From Bacteroidota bacterium (GTDB lineage Bacteria; Bacteroidota; Bacteroidia; Bacteroidales; JABHKC01): DNA of 64,000 bases. The notes beneath the pieces are model-generated. The model saw only the letters and a program-made list of their open reading frames with translations, was not told the DNA's origin and did no database searches. Made by a program: the position numbers and the translations under genes. The DNA lies in NCBI GenBank assembly GCA_018692315.1, contig JABHKC010000023.1, positions 5,959 through 69,958 on the forward strand. Direction: 5' to 3'. Positions 20,207 through 27,943 of this stretch are shown in pieces (the first letter of the stretch is position 1; every line of letters begins with the position of its first letter).

Positions 20207-20619
20207 GACCTCATAAAGAGAAAGTGCAATTATTTCTTTATAATTTTCCGGAAAACACTTTAATAATTGATATACAATTCATTTAATCATATATGGTTAT
20301 TAACCAATATGCAGATTTTAGGATACTTGTGGGGAGGATTGAGAAATTAGTATTGTCCCAAAATTATCTGTAGCCTTGATTTTTGTTTCTTTTTATCAAG
20401 AAAAAGAAAACAAAATTAATCTAAATTGTTAATATTCAGTACGCAATAACATGTAAAAATGCAATTTAGCATTTTAGCTTACAGATAGCTATCACCAAAA
20501 CATTTCTCTTCTCCACCTCAAAAAATGATTTAGCCATAAAGGCTGGTGAAGATTCATTTGTAACAGTAGCCTAAAGATTACGGCTATTAAAATTAATTTA
20601 ACTAATCGATTTATTGAAT

Positions 20620-20780
20620 AGTTACAAATAATTTATTTTTGATGAGATTTCTAATTTCTTTCATGCAGTAAATGCTTTTGCATTAGACAAATGAAAAAAA
20701 TCGAAATATCGCAATCCCGAATTTGGGCTTAATTTTGAACTGTTCTCTTAGAGACACTATATATAAATAATCTTGCAAAA
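20620..20780. repeat. copy A of a ~155-nt non-coding direct repeat (partner at 22885..23040)
   Basis: Shares agttacaa(a)taatttatttttgatga.atttcta.tttctttcatgcagtaaatgcttttg.attagacaaatgaaaaaaa ... ttaattttgaactgtt(t)tcttagag.cactat ... tgcaaaa with copy B. Contains a nested hairpin tttcat..aatgc-tttt-gcatt..atgaaa. Confidence 0.8.
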
Positions 20781-20781
20781 A

Positions 20782-20976
20782 CTATTCTTCGAGGTATTTT
20801 ATAACCTCTACGGGGCAGCTTTCTGCAGCCTCTTTTATATCATCTTCATTACCGTCAAATTTAGCATCGGGCAAAACAGTTGATTCATCTTCAACAACAA
20901 ATACTTCGGGTGAAGTATCTTCGCAAAGACCGCAAGATGTGCAACCGTCTTCTATCCATACTTTTTTTATAGCCAT
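20782..20976 (-). CDS. small single-cluster ferredoxin
   Basis: 64 aa, acidic, with Cys pattern CTSCGLC ... SCP (CxxCxxC...CP). Confidence 0.8.
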   Translation of the reverse strand: MAIKKVWIEDGCTSCGLCEDTSPEVFVVEDESTVLPDAKFDGNEDDIKEAAESCPVEVIKYLEE

Positions 20977-21141
20977 TTTTTTATTTTTATTCTATTAATA
21001 ATTGGTTCAAAGAAAGTAAATGTTTTTTAAATTAAAATATTTCTTTATAACAAAAGTTTACCAAGTGCTGCAAAAACCTTAAATTAAAATTATTATACAT
21101 AAATTAATCACTAATGGGCAATAAAAATTAATACAACTTTT

Positions 21142-21203
21142 TTAAATCATATTATCAAAACCCATTTCCATTTGTTCTTGTTTTTGGCTTTCTGAAATAT
21201 TGC
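21142..21203. repeat. R1, member of a 4-copy direct repeat family (core tatcaaaa.c.attt.catttgtt.ttgtttt)
   Basis: Aligns with 21608.., 23062.. and 23903... Shares the extra segment tttctgaaat.t.c with R4. Confidence 0.8.
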
Positions 21204-21246
21204 CTTTTACATACGCAACTCCATAGTTCTCGAAGAAGTTTTCCAT
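21142..21246 (-). CDS. possible 34-aa small ORF whose tail is the R-repeat core
   Basis: ATG at 21246 to TAA at 21142-21144: MENFFENYGVAYVKGNISESQKQEQMEMGFDNMI. This is the only R copy with a full ATG-initiated frame. Coding status is unproven. Confidence 0.25.
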   Translation of the reverse strand: MENFFENYGVAYVKGNISESQKQEQMEMGFDNMI

Positions 21247-21314
21247 CTGAAGTACAATTCAAACTTTCTTATGCCTGATGAACCACTCCCGATTTTTTCG
21301 GGATACCGTATATC

Positions 21315-21413
21315 TTATTTAGATTTCTTTAGCCTCTTTGCCTCTTTTTTTTCTTTTGGAGTTTTAGAGGGTTCTTTTTTAACGTTCTTCTTTGTGTCTT
21401 TTCCTTTTCCCAT
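21315..21413 (-). CDS. possible 32-aa lysine-rich microprotein
   Basis: ATG at 21413 to TAA at 21315-21317: MGKGKDTKKNVKKEPSKTPKEKKEAKRLKKSK. It is below the ORF-track size cutoff. The track's 61-aa plus-strand ORF 21271..21456 is its antisense shadow. Confidence 0.35.
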   Translation of the reverse strand: MGKGKDTKKNVKKEPSKTPKEKKEAKRLKKSK

Positions 21414-21607
21414 GATATTTTATTTTAAATATTTATTTTTAGATATTTTAATTTAGATGCATTTCCATTAGTTCTGACAAGAAATTCTACTCTTATAAAT
21501 CTTTTATAAATTAAGTACAACATTAGTATATCCGGAATTTTCCAGATATTTCTTCCACAATTAAATTTTTTCAATTTCATTTTTCAAATATAACTATTTC
21601 ATCATAA

Positions 21608-21688
21608 TTATATCATCTTATCAAAAACCATTTTCATTTGTTTTTGTTTTATTAGAAATAATTATATTTGAGAATTATTAATTATTTA
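21608..21688. repeat. R2, member of the 4-copy direct repeat family, with a 35-nt extension shared with R3
   Basis: Core at 21608-21650. The extension aataattatatttgagaattattaattattta (21657-21688) aligns with 23111-23141. Confidence 0.8.
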
Positions 21689-21779
21689 TAGAGAACTTTT
21701 GAAAATATTACTGAATTGGCTGGTTTGGGTTTAGTTCAACTGAGCGATAAGATATTAAGTGGCAGGAATGTTAAAAATC

Positions 21780-21787
21780 TATATTTG
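21780..21787 (+). promoter_or_regulatory. candidate -7 promoter box TATATTTG for rlmF
   Basis: TAnnTTTG 15 nt upstream of the ATG at 21803. A second TATATTTG lies at 21663-21670 inside R2. Confidence 0.4.
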
Positions 21788-21802
21788 AAATTACAGTAAA
21801 TC

Positions 21803-22771
21803 ATGTCTTCAGAAAAAAATCAACCAGAAAAAGCGAGGCTACATTCTCGAAACAAAAACCGAGGCAGATACGATTTAAACGCTTTGACTAAATCTACTCC
21901 TGAATTAAAAAATCATTTAGCCCTTAACAAATACGGTATAGAATCAGTAGATTTTTCAAACCCACATGCTGTTAAACTTTTAAACACAGCAATATTAAAT
22001 CATTATTACGGAATAAAGAACTGGGATTTCCCAGACGAAAACTTATGTCCCCCCATACCTGGAAGGGCTGATTACATTCATCATATGGCTGATTTATTAG
22101 CCGAAAACAATTTTGGAACAATCCCAACTGGCGATAAAATCACTTGTCTTGATATTGGTGTAGGGGCAAGTTGCATTTACCCAATTATAGGAGTTGTAGA
22201 ATACGATTGGAAATTTATCGGATCTGATATCCACCCAAAAACAATTGCATCAGCACAGAATATTGTCAATTCTAATTCATCAATTAAAGAAAAGATTGAA
22301 TGTAGATTACAAAAAATATCAAAACAGGTTCTTTTTGGCATAATAAGCAAAGAAGATAAAATTGAATTAATCATATGCAATCCTCCTTTTCATTCTTCGA
22401 TTGAAGATGCTCAAAAAGGAACTCGACGAAAAATAAAGAATCTATCTGGCAAAAAAGTAAAGACACTTGATCGCAATTTTGCAGGAATCAGCAATGAACT
22501 TATATGTGTTGGCGGAGAAAATAAATTTATTCAGAATATGATTAGAGAAAGTGAAAAGTTCTCTAAAAACTGTTACTGGTTTTCAACTTTAGTATCAAAA
22601 CAATCTAATCTTAAAGGAATTTATAAATATTTAGAAAAAATTGAAGCTAATCAGATAAGAACGATTCTCATGGGAACAGCTAATAAATCTAGCCGAATTG
22701 TAGCTTGGACATTCCTTTCTAAAGAAGAACAAAAAGAGTGGAGAGAAACGAGATGGAAAACTCTACTATAG
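21803..22771 (+). CDS. rlmF: 23S rRNA (adenine1618-N6)-methyltransferase
   Basis: 322 aa. LHSRNKNRGRYDL, LCPPIPGRADYIHHMADLL, LDIGVGASCIYPIIG and CNPPFH are collinear with E. coli RlmF/YbiN. Confidence 0.9.
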   Translation: MSSEKNQPEKARLHSRNKNRGRYDLNALTKSTPELKNHLALNKYGIESVDFSNPHAVKLLNTAILNHYYGIKNWDFPDENLCPPIPGRADYIHHMADLLAENNFGTIPTGDKITCLDIGVGASCIYPIIGVVEYDWKFIGSDIHPKTIASAQNIVNSNSSIKEKIECRLQKISKQVLFGIISKEDKIELIICNPPFHSSIEDAQKGTRRKIKNLSGKKVKTLDRNFAGISNELICVGGENKFIQNMIRESEKFSKNCYWFSTLVSKQSNLKGIYKYLEKIEANQIRTILMGTANKSSRIVAWTFLSKEEQKEWRETRWKTLL

Positions 22772-22884
22772 AATTAACTTGTAACATGCTAAACTAAGGC
22801 AAAATAAATAATCTTAGCGTAAAGGTGCGATATTATTAATCAAGAAAAATACTTTGCTATTTTTTAAACTCGTAAAGTAGAATT

Positions 22885-23040
22885 AGTTACAATAATTTAT
22901 TTTTGATGATATTTCTATTTTCTTTCATGCAGTAAATGCTTTTGTATTAGACAAATGAAAAAAAACAGAAATATCACAAAAAGAGATGTTTTTAATTTTG
23001 AACTGTTTTCTTAGAGGCACTATCTACATACCCTGCAAAA
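22885..23040. repeat. copy B of the ~155-nt non-coding direct repeat (partner at 20620..20780)
   Basis: See copy A. The first ~85 nt are near-identical, the central ~25 nt diverge, and the distal ~35 nt are conserved. Confidence 0.8.
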
Positions 23041-23061
23041 TTCGTCTCAAAGCCGGGCAAC

Positions 23062-23141
23062 ATTAAACCATCATATCAAAAACCATTTTCATTTGTTCTT
23101 GTTTTCTAGAATTAATAATATTTGAGAATTATTAATTATTT
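23062..23141. repeat. R3, member of the 4-copy direct repeat family
   Basis: Core at 23062-23104 plus the extension shared with R2. It abuts the stop codon of the DUF4386 gene (23136). Confidence 0.8.
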
Positions 23142-23831
23142 AGGTAGGCTGGTTTCATTTTTAATTATATTCTTCCTTCCTCCTTTAACAAGTAACCAAA
23201 TTGCAAGTCCAAGCTCACCGATCGCCATTGGCAGAGCCAATATCATATTCAATGTGTTTACAAACTCAGAATCTGGACTTATCAATTTGAAAAAATGGAT
23301 AATTACATATGAGACTCCTGCTATCAATGCTAAATACCATAGAATTTTAGGAATCCTACTATGTAATTTCATTAATATTCCAATTAGGATAATGTGAAAT
23401 CCAAATACTATTAATCCGCCATTCCAAATAGATTGAAATAATTGAAAATTTGTACTTATTGTTTGATTCGTAAGTTCAGTTACATTCAAGTTTTTGGTCA
23501 AAAAAAACGTTGCTATTCCAAATATAAATGTGTAAGCAAGTCTTAGAATTCCTGATGCTAAAGACATTTTTCTATTGTCATCTTTGAAGTATTCGTAAAG
23601 CGTGAAGGATACTAATAAATCCAAAATAATTATTATCAGTATTCCCCATAGCATACTTCGATATAATCCAAGATTCTTGAGGATATTGTCATTTAGAAAT
23701 TCAATTTGGTCAGCCTGATAAAATTCTGAAAATGCATATCCTACAGAGAACATTGCGATTATTGCCATAAGGATTAATGACCATCCTGTTGTTATTGCAA
23801 CTTTCCTTTTATTCATATTTTTTGTTTTCAT
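23136..23831 (-). CDS. DUF4386-like polytopic membrane protein
   Basis: 231 aa with about 6 TM segments. The N-terminal KVAITTGWSLILMAIIAMFSVGYAF pattern resembles DUF4386. Confidence 0.6.
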   Translation of the reverse strand: MKTKNMNKRKVAITTGWSLILMAIIAMFSVGYAFSEFYQADQIEFLNDNILKNLGLYRSMLWGILIIIILDLLVSFTLYEYFKDDNRKMSLASGILRLAYTFIFGIATFFLTKNLNVTELTNQTISTNFQLFQSIWNGGLIVFGFHIILIGILMKLHSRIPKILWYLALIAGVSYVIIHFFKLISPDSEFVNTLNMILALPMAIGELGLAIWLLVKGGRKNIIKNETSLPK

Positions 23832-23902
23832 ATTTGTCGCTTAAAATAGCATATCTGCATATTTCTTTATTATATTTTTTAAATATAACTGTTTTATAAA
23901 AT

Positions 23903-23962
23903 TCAAATAATCTTATCAAAAACTATTTCAATTTGTTACTGTTTTCGAGTTTCTGAAATGTG
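23903..23962. repeat. R4, degenerate member of the 4-copy direct repeat family
   Basis: cttatcaaaaactatttcaatttgttactgttttcgagtttctgaaatgtgc. All three Met codons of the mini-ORF are changed to Ile codons and there is an in-frame TAA upstream. Confidence 0.75.
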
Positions 23963-24020
23963 CAGATAAATCATTGTAGTTTCAATTTTTGAATGGCCAA
24001 GCTGTTTATATTCTTTTTTA

Positions 24021-25640
24021 TTATGTTTTATTCAAAGGTAAGCTAAATCTGAAATCACTTCCTTTTCCTTCTTCGCTTTCCACCCAAATATGCCCACCAA
24101 GTCTTTCCACAAATTCTTTGCAAAGGACTAATCCTAAGCCAGAGCCTTTTTCTTTTGTAGTACCAAGAAATGTTATATTTGAAGATATATCAAATAACTT
24201 TTTACGTGTTTCGTCATTCATCCCAATTCCATTATCGGAGATAGAAATTTCAACTTGGTTTTGTTCTGAAATTCCATTAACATTGATATTCCCTCCCGGA
24301 TTCGTAAATTTGATTGCATTGGAAATAAGATTTCGCAAAACTGTCTTCACCATATTTGCATCGGCATAAGCTTCAATCTCCTCTGATTGAATTAAATTTA
24401 ATGATATGTTTTTAATTTTTGCCATTAAATTTGAAGATTCAATTATTTCCTGGATAATTGATAGCAAATTTATTTTTTCAGGCTTGAAACTAATTTGTCC
24501 GGTTTGAGATTTTGCCCAATCTAATAAATTATCAAGTAAAATTAATGTATTTTTGGCTGATGAATTTATTATGCGTGAATGCATTTCAGATTCTACAATA
24601 TCAGAATTTTTTGCATTCTCAATTAACAATTCAGAAAATCCTAAAATACTGTTAAATGGACTTCTTAAATCGTGGGCAATGATTGAAAATAGTTTGTCTT
24701 TGGTTACATTAAGTTCTCTTAACTGTGTTTCACTTTCCTTTAGGGCTTCTTCCGATTTTATTCGTCTGGTAATGTCTTTCCCAAAAAAAGATGCCCCTAT
24801 GACTTTGTCGTCAACAACTATTGGATTCAAATGAACTTCAATATGAATTGTCCCGTTCTCTACCTCAATCTTGTCGATAAATGAAAACATCTCATTGCTC
24901 AACACCCTGTCGTAATGTGATTTCCATAGTTGTCTCATCGGTTTAGGTAGTGAAAGTAAAAGATTTACACCAGGCCCAAGGCGAACGCCAAAAGTAGTAT
25001 GAAAAGCAGATACAAAAACATCATTGGCAAATAGAATTTCATAGGAGGAATTTATAGCCCATATACTATCAGTGGTATTTTCTAAAATAGCTAATATATT
25101 TGCTCTGCTCTGGAGCAGAATTCTATGCGTTTCTTTTTTTTCGGTAATATCTGAACTTATCCCGGATACACCTGTAGCTTTACCATTTAAAATAATCGGA
25201 TTTAGGGAAACTTCATAGTAACGAAGTTCTTTCCCCACTTGATTGGAAATTTCGAAAACAACTCTTTCTCCTGAAAGTGCTTTATCGTATTTCGATTTCC
25301 AAAATTCTAACAACCCGGGAGTAAGGATATTCAACGAATTAAGTCCTTTCTGTAACTCGACATTGAATGTTGCAAGATATGCTTCTTTAAAAAAGTTGTT
25401 AAAGATAATGTAGTTATAGTTATTGTCGATTGACCATATTGATTCATCGCGGTTGTTTATCAGCGAATTGAGATTTGATTCGCTTTCTTCTACTTTTTCT
25501 TTTGCACTTAATAACTCCGTTTCTCGTTTTTTTTCTTCGTTATGAGCTGAAGAATGCAATCGAAGATTATCATTTTGCTTTTTGAGTTCAGCAATCTGAT
25601 CTTCTAATTCTTGATAGGTCGGTTTATCATTTATTTCCAT
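24021..25640 (-). CDS. PAS-domain sensor histidine kinase (cytoplasmic)
   Basis: 539 aa: N-terminal coiled coil, two PAS-like modules, H-box FSIIAHDLRSPFNSILGF and HATPase N/G boxes (LISNAIKFT, DNGIGM, GSGLGL). Confidence 0.85.
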   Translation of the reverse strand: MEINDKPTYQELEDQIAELKKQNDNLRLHSSAHNEEKKRETELLSAKEKVEESESNLNSLINNRDESIWSIDNNYNYIIFNNFFKEAYLATFNVELQKGLNSLNILTPGLLEFWKSKYDKALSGERVVFEISNQVGKELRYYEVSLNPIILNGKATGVSGISSDITEKKETHRILLQSRANILAILENTTDSIWAINSSYEILFANDVFVSAFHTTFGVRLGPGVNLLLSLPKPMRQLWKSHYDRVLSNEMFSFIDKIEVENGTIHIEVHLNPIVVDDKVIGASFFGKDITRRIKSEEALKESETQLRELNVTKDKLFSIIAHDLRSPFNSILGFSELLIENAKNSDIVESEMHSRIINSSAKNTLILLDNLLDWAKSQTGQISFKPEKINLLSIIQEIIESSNLMAKIKNISLNLIQSEEIEAYADANMVKTVLRNLISNAIKFTNPGGNINVNGISEQNQVEISISDNGIGMNDETRKKLFDISSNITFLGTTKEKGSGLGLVLCKEFVERLGGHIWVESEEGKGSDFRFSLPLNKT

Positions 25641-25737
25641 TTGTCCTTATTTCTTTTATTAAAATGTGAACATATATCATTTAAGTTCCAATTTTTGCCC
25701 TATTTGCATCTTGTTTAAGACGACAAATTTTGGAGAG

Positions 25738-25809
25738 TAGTCCCACCAAGAATCGAACTTGGATCTAAAGTTTAGGAAACTTTTATTCTATCCATTGAAC
25801 TATGGGACC
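25738..25809 (-). tRNA. tRNA-Arg (anticodon CCT)
   Basis: The reverse complement folds as a cloverleaf. Acceptor GGTCCCA/TGGGACT (G1-U72), U8, D-arm GTTC-AATGGATA-GAAT, anticodon stem AAAGT/ACTTT with loop TTCCTAA, T-arm CCAAG-TTCGATT-CTTGG, discriminator A. CCA is not encoded. Confidence 0.85.
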
Positions 25810-25833
25810 CTTCAATATTTTAAAACCGCGAAA

Positions 25834-26865
25834 TTAATTATTTTCTAGTAATTTGAATAGTTCATCAAGTTTTGGTGTCAAGATAATTTCTGTTCTTCTG
25901 TTCTTTCTGCGGGCTTCTACTGTTTTGGCAGGATCAATAGGCATAAATTCGCCTTTGCCAGAAACTGTTAGTCTTGTCGGACTTATTTTCGATTTGGCTA
26001 AAATAATTTTTACAATAGAAGTTGCTCGTTTTACACTCAAATCCCAATTGTCTTTAATATCGCCCTTGCCGTTAAATCGAACATCGTCGGTATGTCCTTC
26101 AATCATAATATTAATATCCGGATTTTGTTCTAAAACTACTGCAAGTTGTTCAATGGCTTTTTGTCCTTTAGGATCAACATTCCAGCGCCCCGATTTGAAA
26201 AGTAACTTTTCTTCGAGCGAAACATAAACTTTGCCATTTCTTTTTTGAATAGTCAATCCATCTTTTTCAAATTGATTTAGAGCTGAGGCAACTTTATCTC
26301 TCAAAGCATTCACAGCAGAATCTTTGGCAGATAGCATATTTTCAAGCTCAATTAGTCGTTTACTCTTTTCATTTAGAATTTTATTGTTTTTCTCTAAGTC
26401 TGCCTGAAGTTTTTCATTATTTGCTTTTTTATCGTTTATGGCTTGTTCCAATTTTTGCAATTCGTCTTCTCGCTTTTGCAAATCTTCTTGAGCGGCTTGC
26501 AGTTGAGCCAACATTTTTTTCACCTCTTCGGTATTTCCTTCAATCAGTTTACTTTGATTATCTATCAACTCATTATTGGTGTAAAGTGCATTTTCGTATA
26601 GCCTTTTATACTTTCTTACATTGGCACTCAAATTGGAAGTGTCCGATGCAATTTTTTGAAATTTTGCACTCAATGCTCTAATTTCTGCACCCATTTCTGT
26701 AGTATCTACAATAAGTTTTTCGTTGCTGGTTTTTACATCGGTGTTTTCGCTTTTGCAACTATTATTTTTGGTTTCCAACTCCTTAAATTGATTGAGCGGA
26801 ACACATGAAATACTAATTCCGGAAATAATCAGTGCAAGCAATAAGCTCTTAAATATCTTAATCAT
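25834..26865 (-). CDS. OmpA-family protein with a long coiled-coil N-terminal region
   Basis: Signal peptide with Cys, about 180 aa of coiled coil, and a C-terminal OmpA/MotB domain (IEGHTDDV..NWDLSVKRA..NRRTEIIL). Confidence 0.8.
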   Translation of the reverse strand: MIKIFKSLLLALIISGISISCVPLNQFKELETKNNSCKSENTDVKTSNEKLIVDTTEMGAEIRALSAKFQKIASDTSNLSANVRKYKRLYENALYTNNELIDNQSKLIEGNTEEVKKMLAQLQAAQEDLQKREDELQKLEQAINDKKANNEKLQADLEKNNKILNEKSKRLIELENMLSAKDSAVNALRDKVASALNQFEKDGLTIQKRNGKVYVSLEEKLLFKSGRWNVDPKGQKAIEQLAVVLEQNPDINIMIEGHTDDVRFNGKGDIKDNWDLSVKRATSIVKIILAKSKISPTRLTVSGKGEFMPIDPAKTVEARRKNRRTEIILTPKLDELFKLLENN

Positions 26866-27034
26866 AATTTCTTCAAATTAATTATTGCAATAAAAATAAT
26901 AAACAAAATGCAAAAGTATAAATTGTATGACTTTGTGAAAAATTAAATTTATGGCAATTAATTTTTGTACTATAACACTAATCTTCAGCAAGAGATTATA
27001 ATATTCAAGCCAAAATTCTGTTTCCAAAAAATAT

Positions 27035-27042
27035 TACTTTTG
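27035..27042 (+). promoter_or_regulatory. candidate -7 promoter box TACTTTTG
   Basis: TAnnTTTG 25 nt upstream of the ATG at 27068. Confidence 0.45.
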
Positions 27043-27067
27043 CATCGAAATTTTAAAATAATAAAAA

Positions 27068-27820
27068 ATGTTAGAGACAATATTAAAACATAGAACAATA
27101 AGAAAATATAAGGATACTCCAATAAAACCGGAAATATTGGAAAAAATTCTTGAAGCAGGTTCAAGAGCTTCAACAACTGGCAACATGCAGGTTTACAGCA
27201 TAGTAGTTACGAAAGGAAAAGAGCTGAAAGAAAAACTTTGGGAATCGCATTTCAAGCAAGATATGGTGAAACAAGCCCCGGTAGTTTTAACTTTTTGTGC
27301 CGATTTCAATAGATTTAACAAATGGTGCAAACAAAGAAATGCAGAGCCCGGATACGACAATTTCCTGTCGTTCTACACAGCCTCGATAGATGCTTTGCTG
27401 GCTGCACAAAATGTCGCAATTGCTGCCGAAGATTTTGACTTGGGAATTTGTTATCTTGGAACTACAACATATATGGCCGAAAAAATTATCGACATTTTGA
27501 ACCTCCCAAAAGGAGTTGTGCCTGTAACTACTTTGGTGCTTGGTTATCCCGACGAAAATCCTGAACTGACCGATCGATTACCTTTGAACGGAATAATTCA
27601 TGAAGAGACTTATCAGGACTATTCTGAGAAAAATCTCAACAATATTTATAGCGAAAAAGAAGCTTTAAAAGAAACTTTAGATTTGATTGAAGAAAACAAA
27701 ACAGAAAATCTTGCTCAAATTTTTACCGATAAAAGATATACTAAAAAAGACAATGTTTTCTTTTCAAACTCATTTCTGAAAATAATTGAAAAACAAAATT
27801 TTATGAATAATGAAATTTAG
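27068..27820 (+). CDS. NADPH-dependent nitroreductase family protein (NfsA/Frp-like)
   Basis: 250 aa. HRTIRKYKD..ILEAGSRASTTGNMQ is a typical nitroreductase N-terminus. Confidence 0.75.
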   Translation: MLETILKHRTIRKYKDTPIKPEILEKILEAGSRASTTGNMQVYSIVVTKGKELKEKLWESHFKQDMVKQAPVVLTFCADFNRFNKWCKQRNAEPGYDNFLSFYTASIDALLAAQNVAIAAEDFDLGICYLGTTTYMAEKIIDILNLPKGVVPVTTLVLGYPDENPELTDRLPLNGIIHEETYQDYSEKNLNNIYSEKEALKETLDLIEENKTENLAQIFTDKRYTKKDNVFFSNSFLKIIEKQNFMNNEI

Positions 27821-27876
27821 AAATTGAGCTAAACCAGAAAAGTCAGAAATTGAAAATTTGCAAAAAATAATGCCTC

Positions 27877-27915
27877 AAATTCACGGATTTGTACAAATAT
27901 TAAATCCGTGAATTT
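27877..27915. terminator. perfect 14-bp stem-loop downstream of the nitroreductase gene
   Basis: aaattcacggattt (27877-27890) is the exact reverse complement of aaatccgtgaattt (27902-27915), with an 11-nt loop. Confidence 0.4.
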
Positions 27916-27943
27916 ATGAAAGTTATCATATAATAATATTGAA

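Noticed and set aside
21271-21456. 61-aa plus-strand track ORF (MPDEPLPIFSGYRISYLDFFSLFASFF...).
   Set aside because: F/S/L-rich antisense shadow of the Lys-rich minus-strand frame. It also spans a hairpin.
23989-24369. 126-aa plus-strand ORF, and 23122..23397 (91 aa).
   Set aside because: They lie wholly antisense to the PAS histidine kinase and DUF4386 genes respectively.
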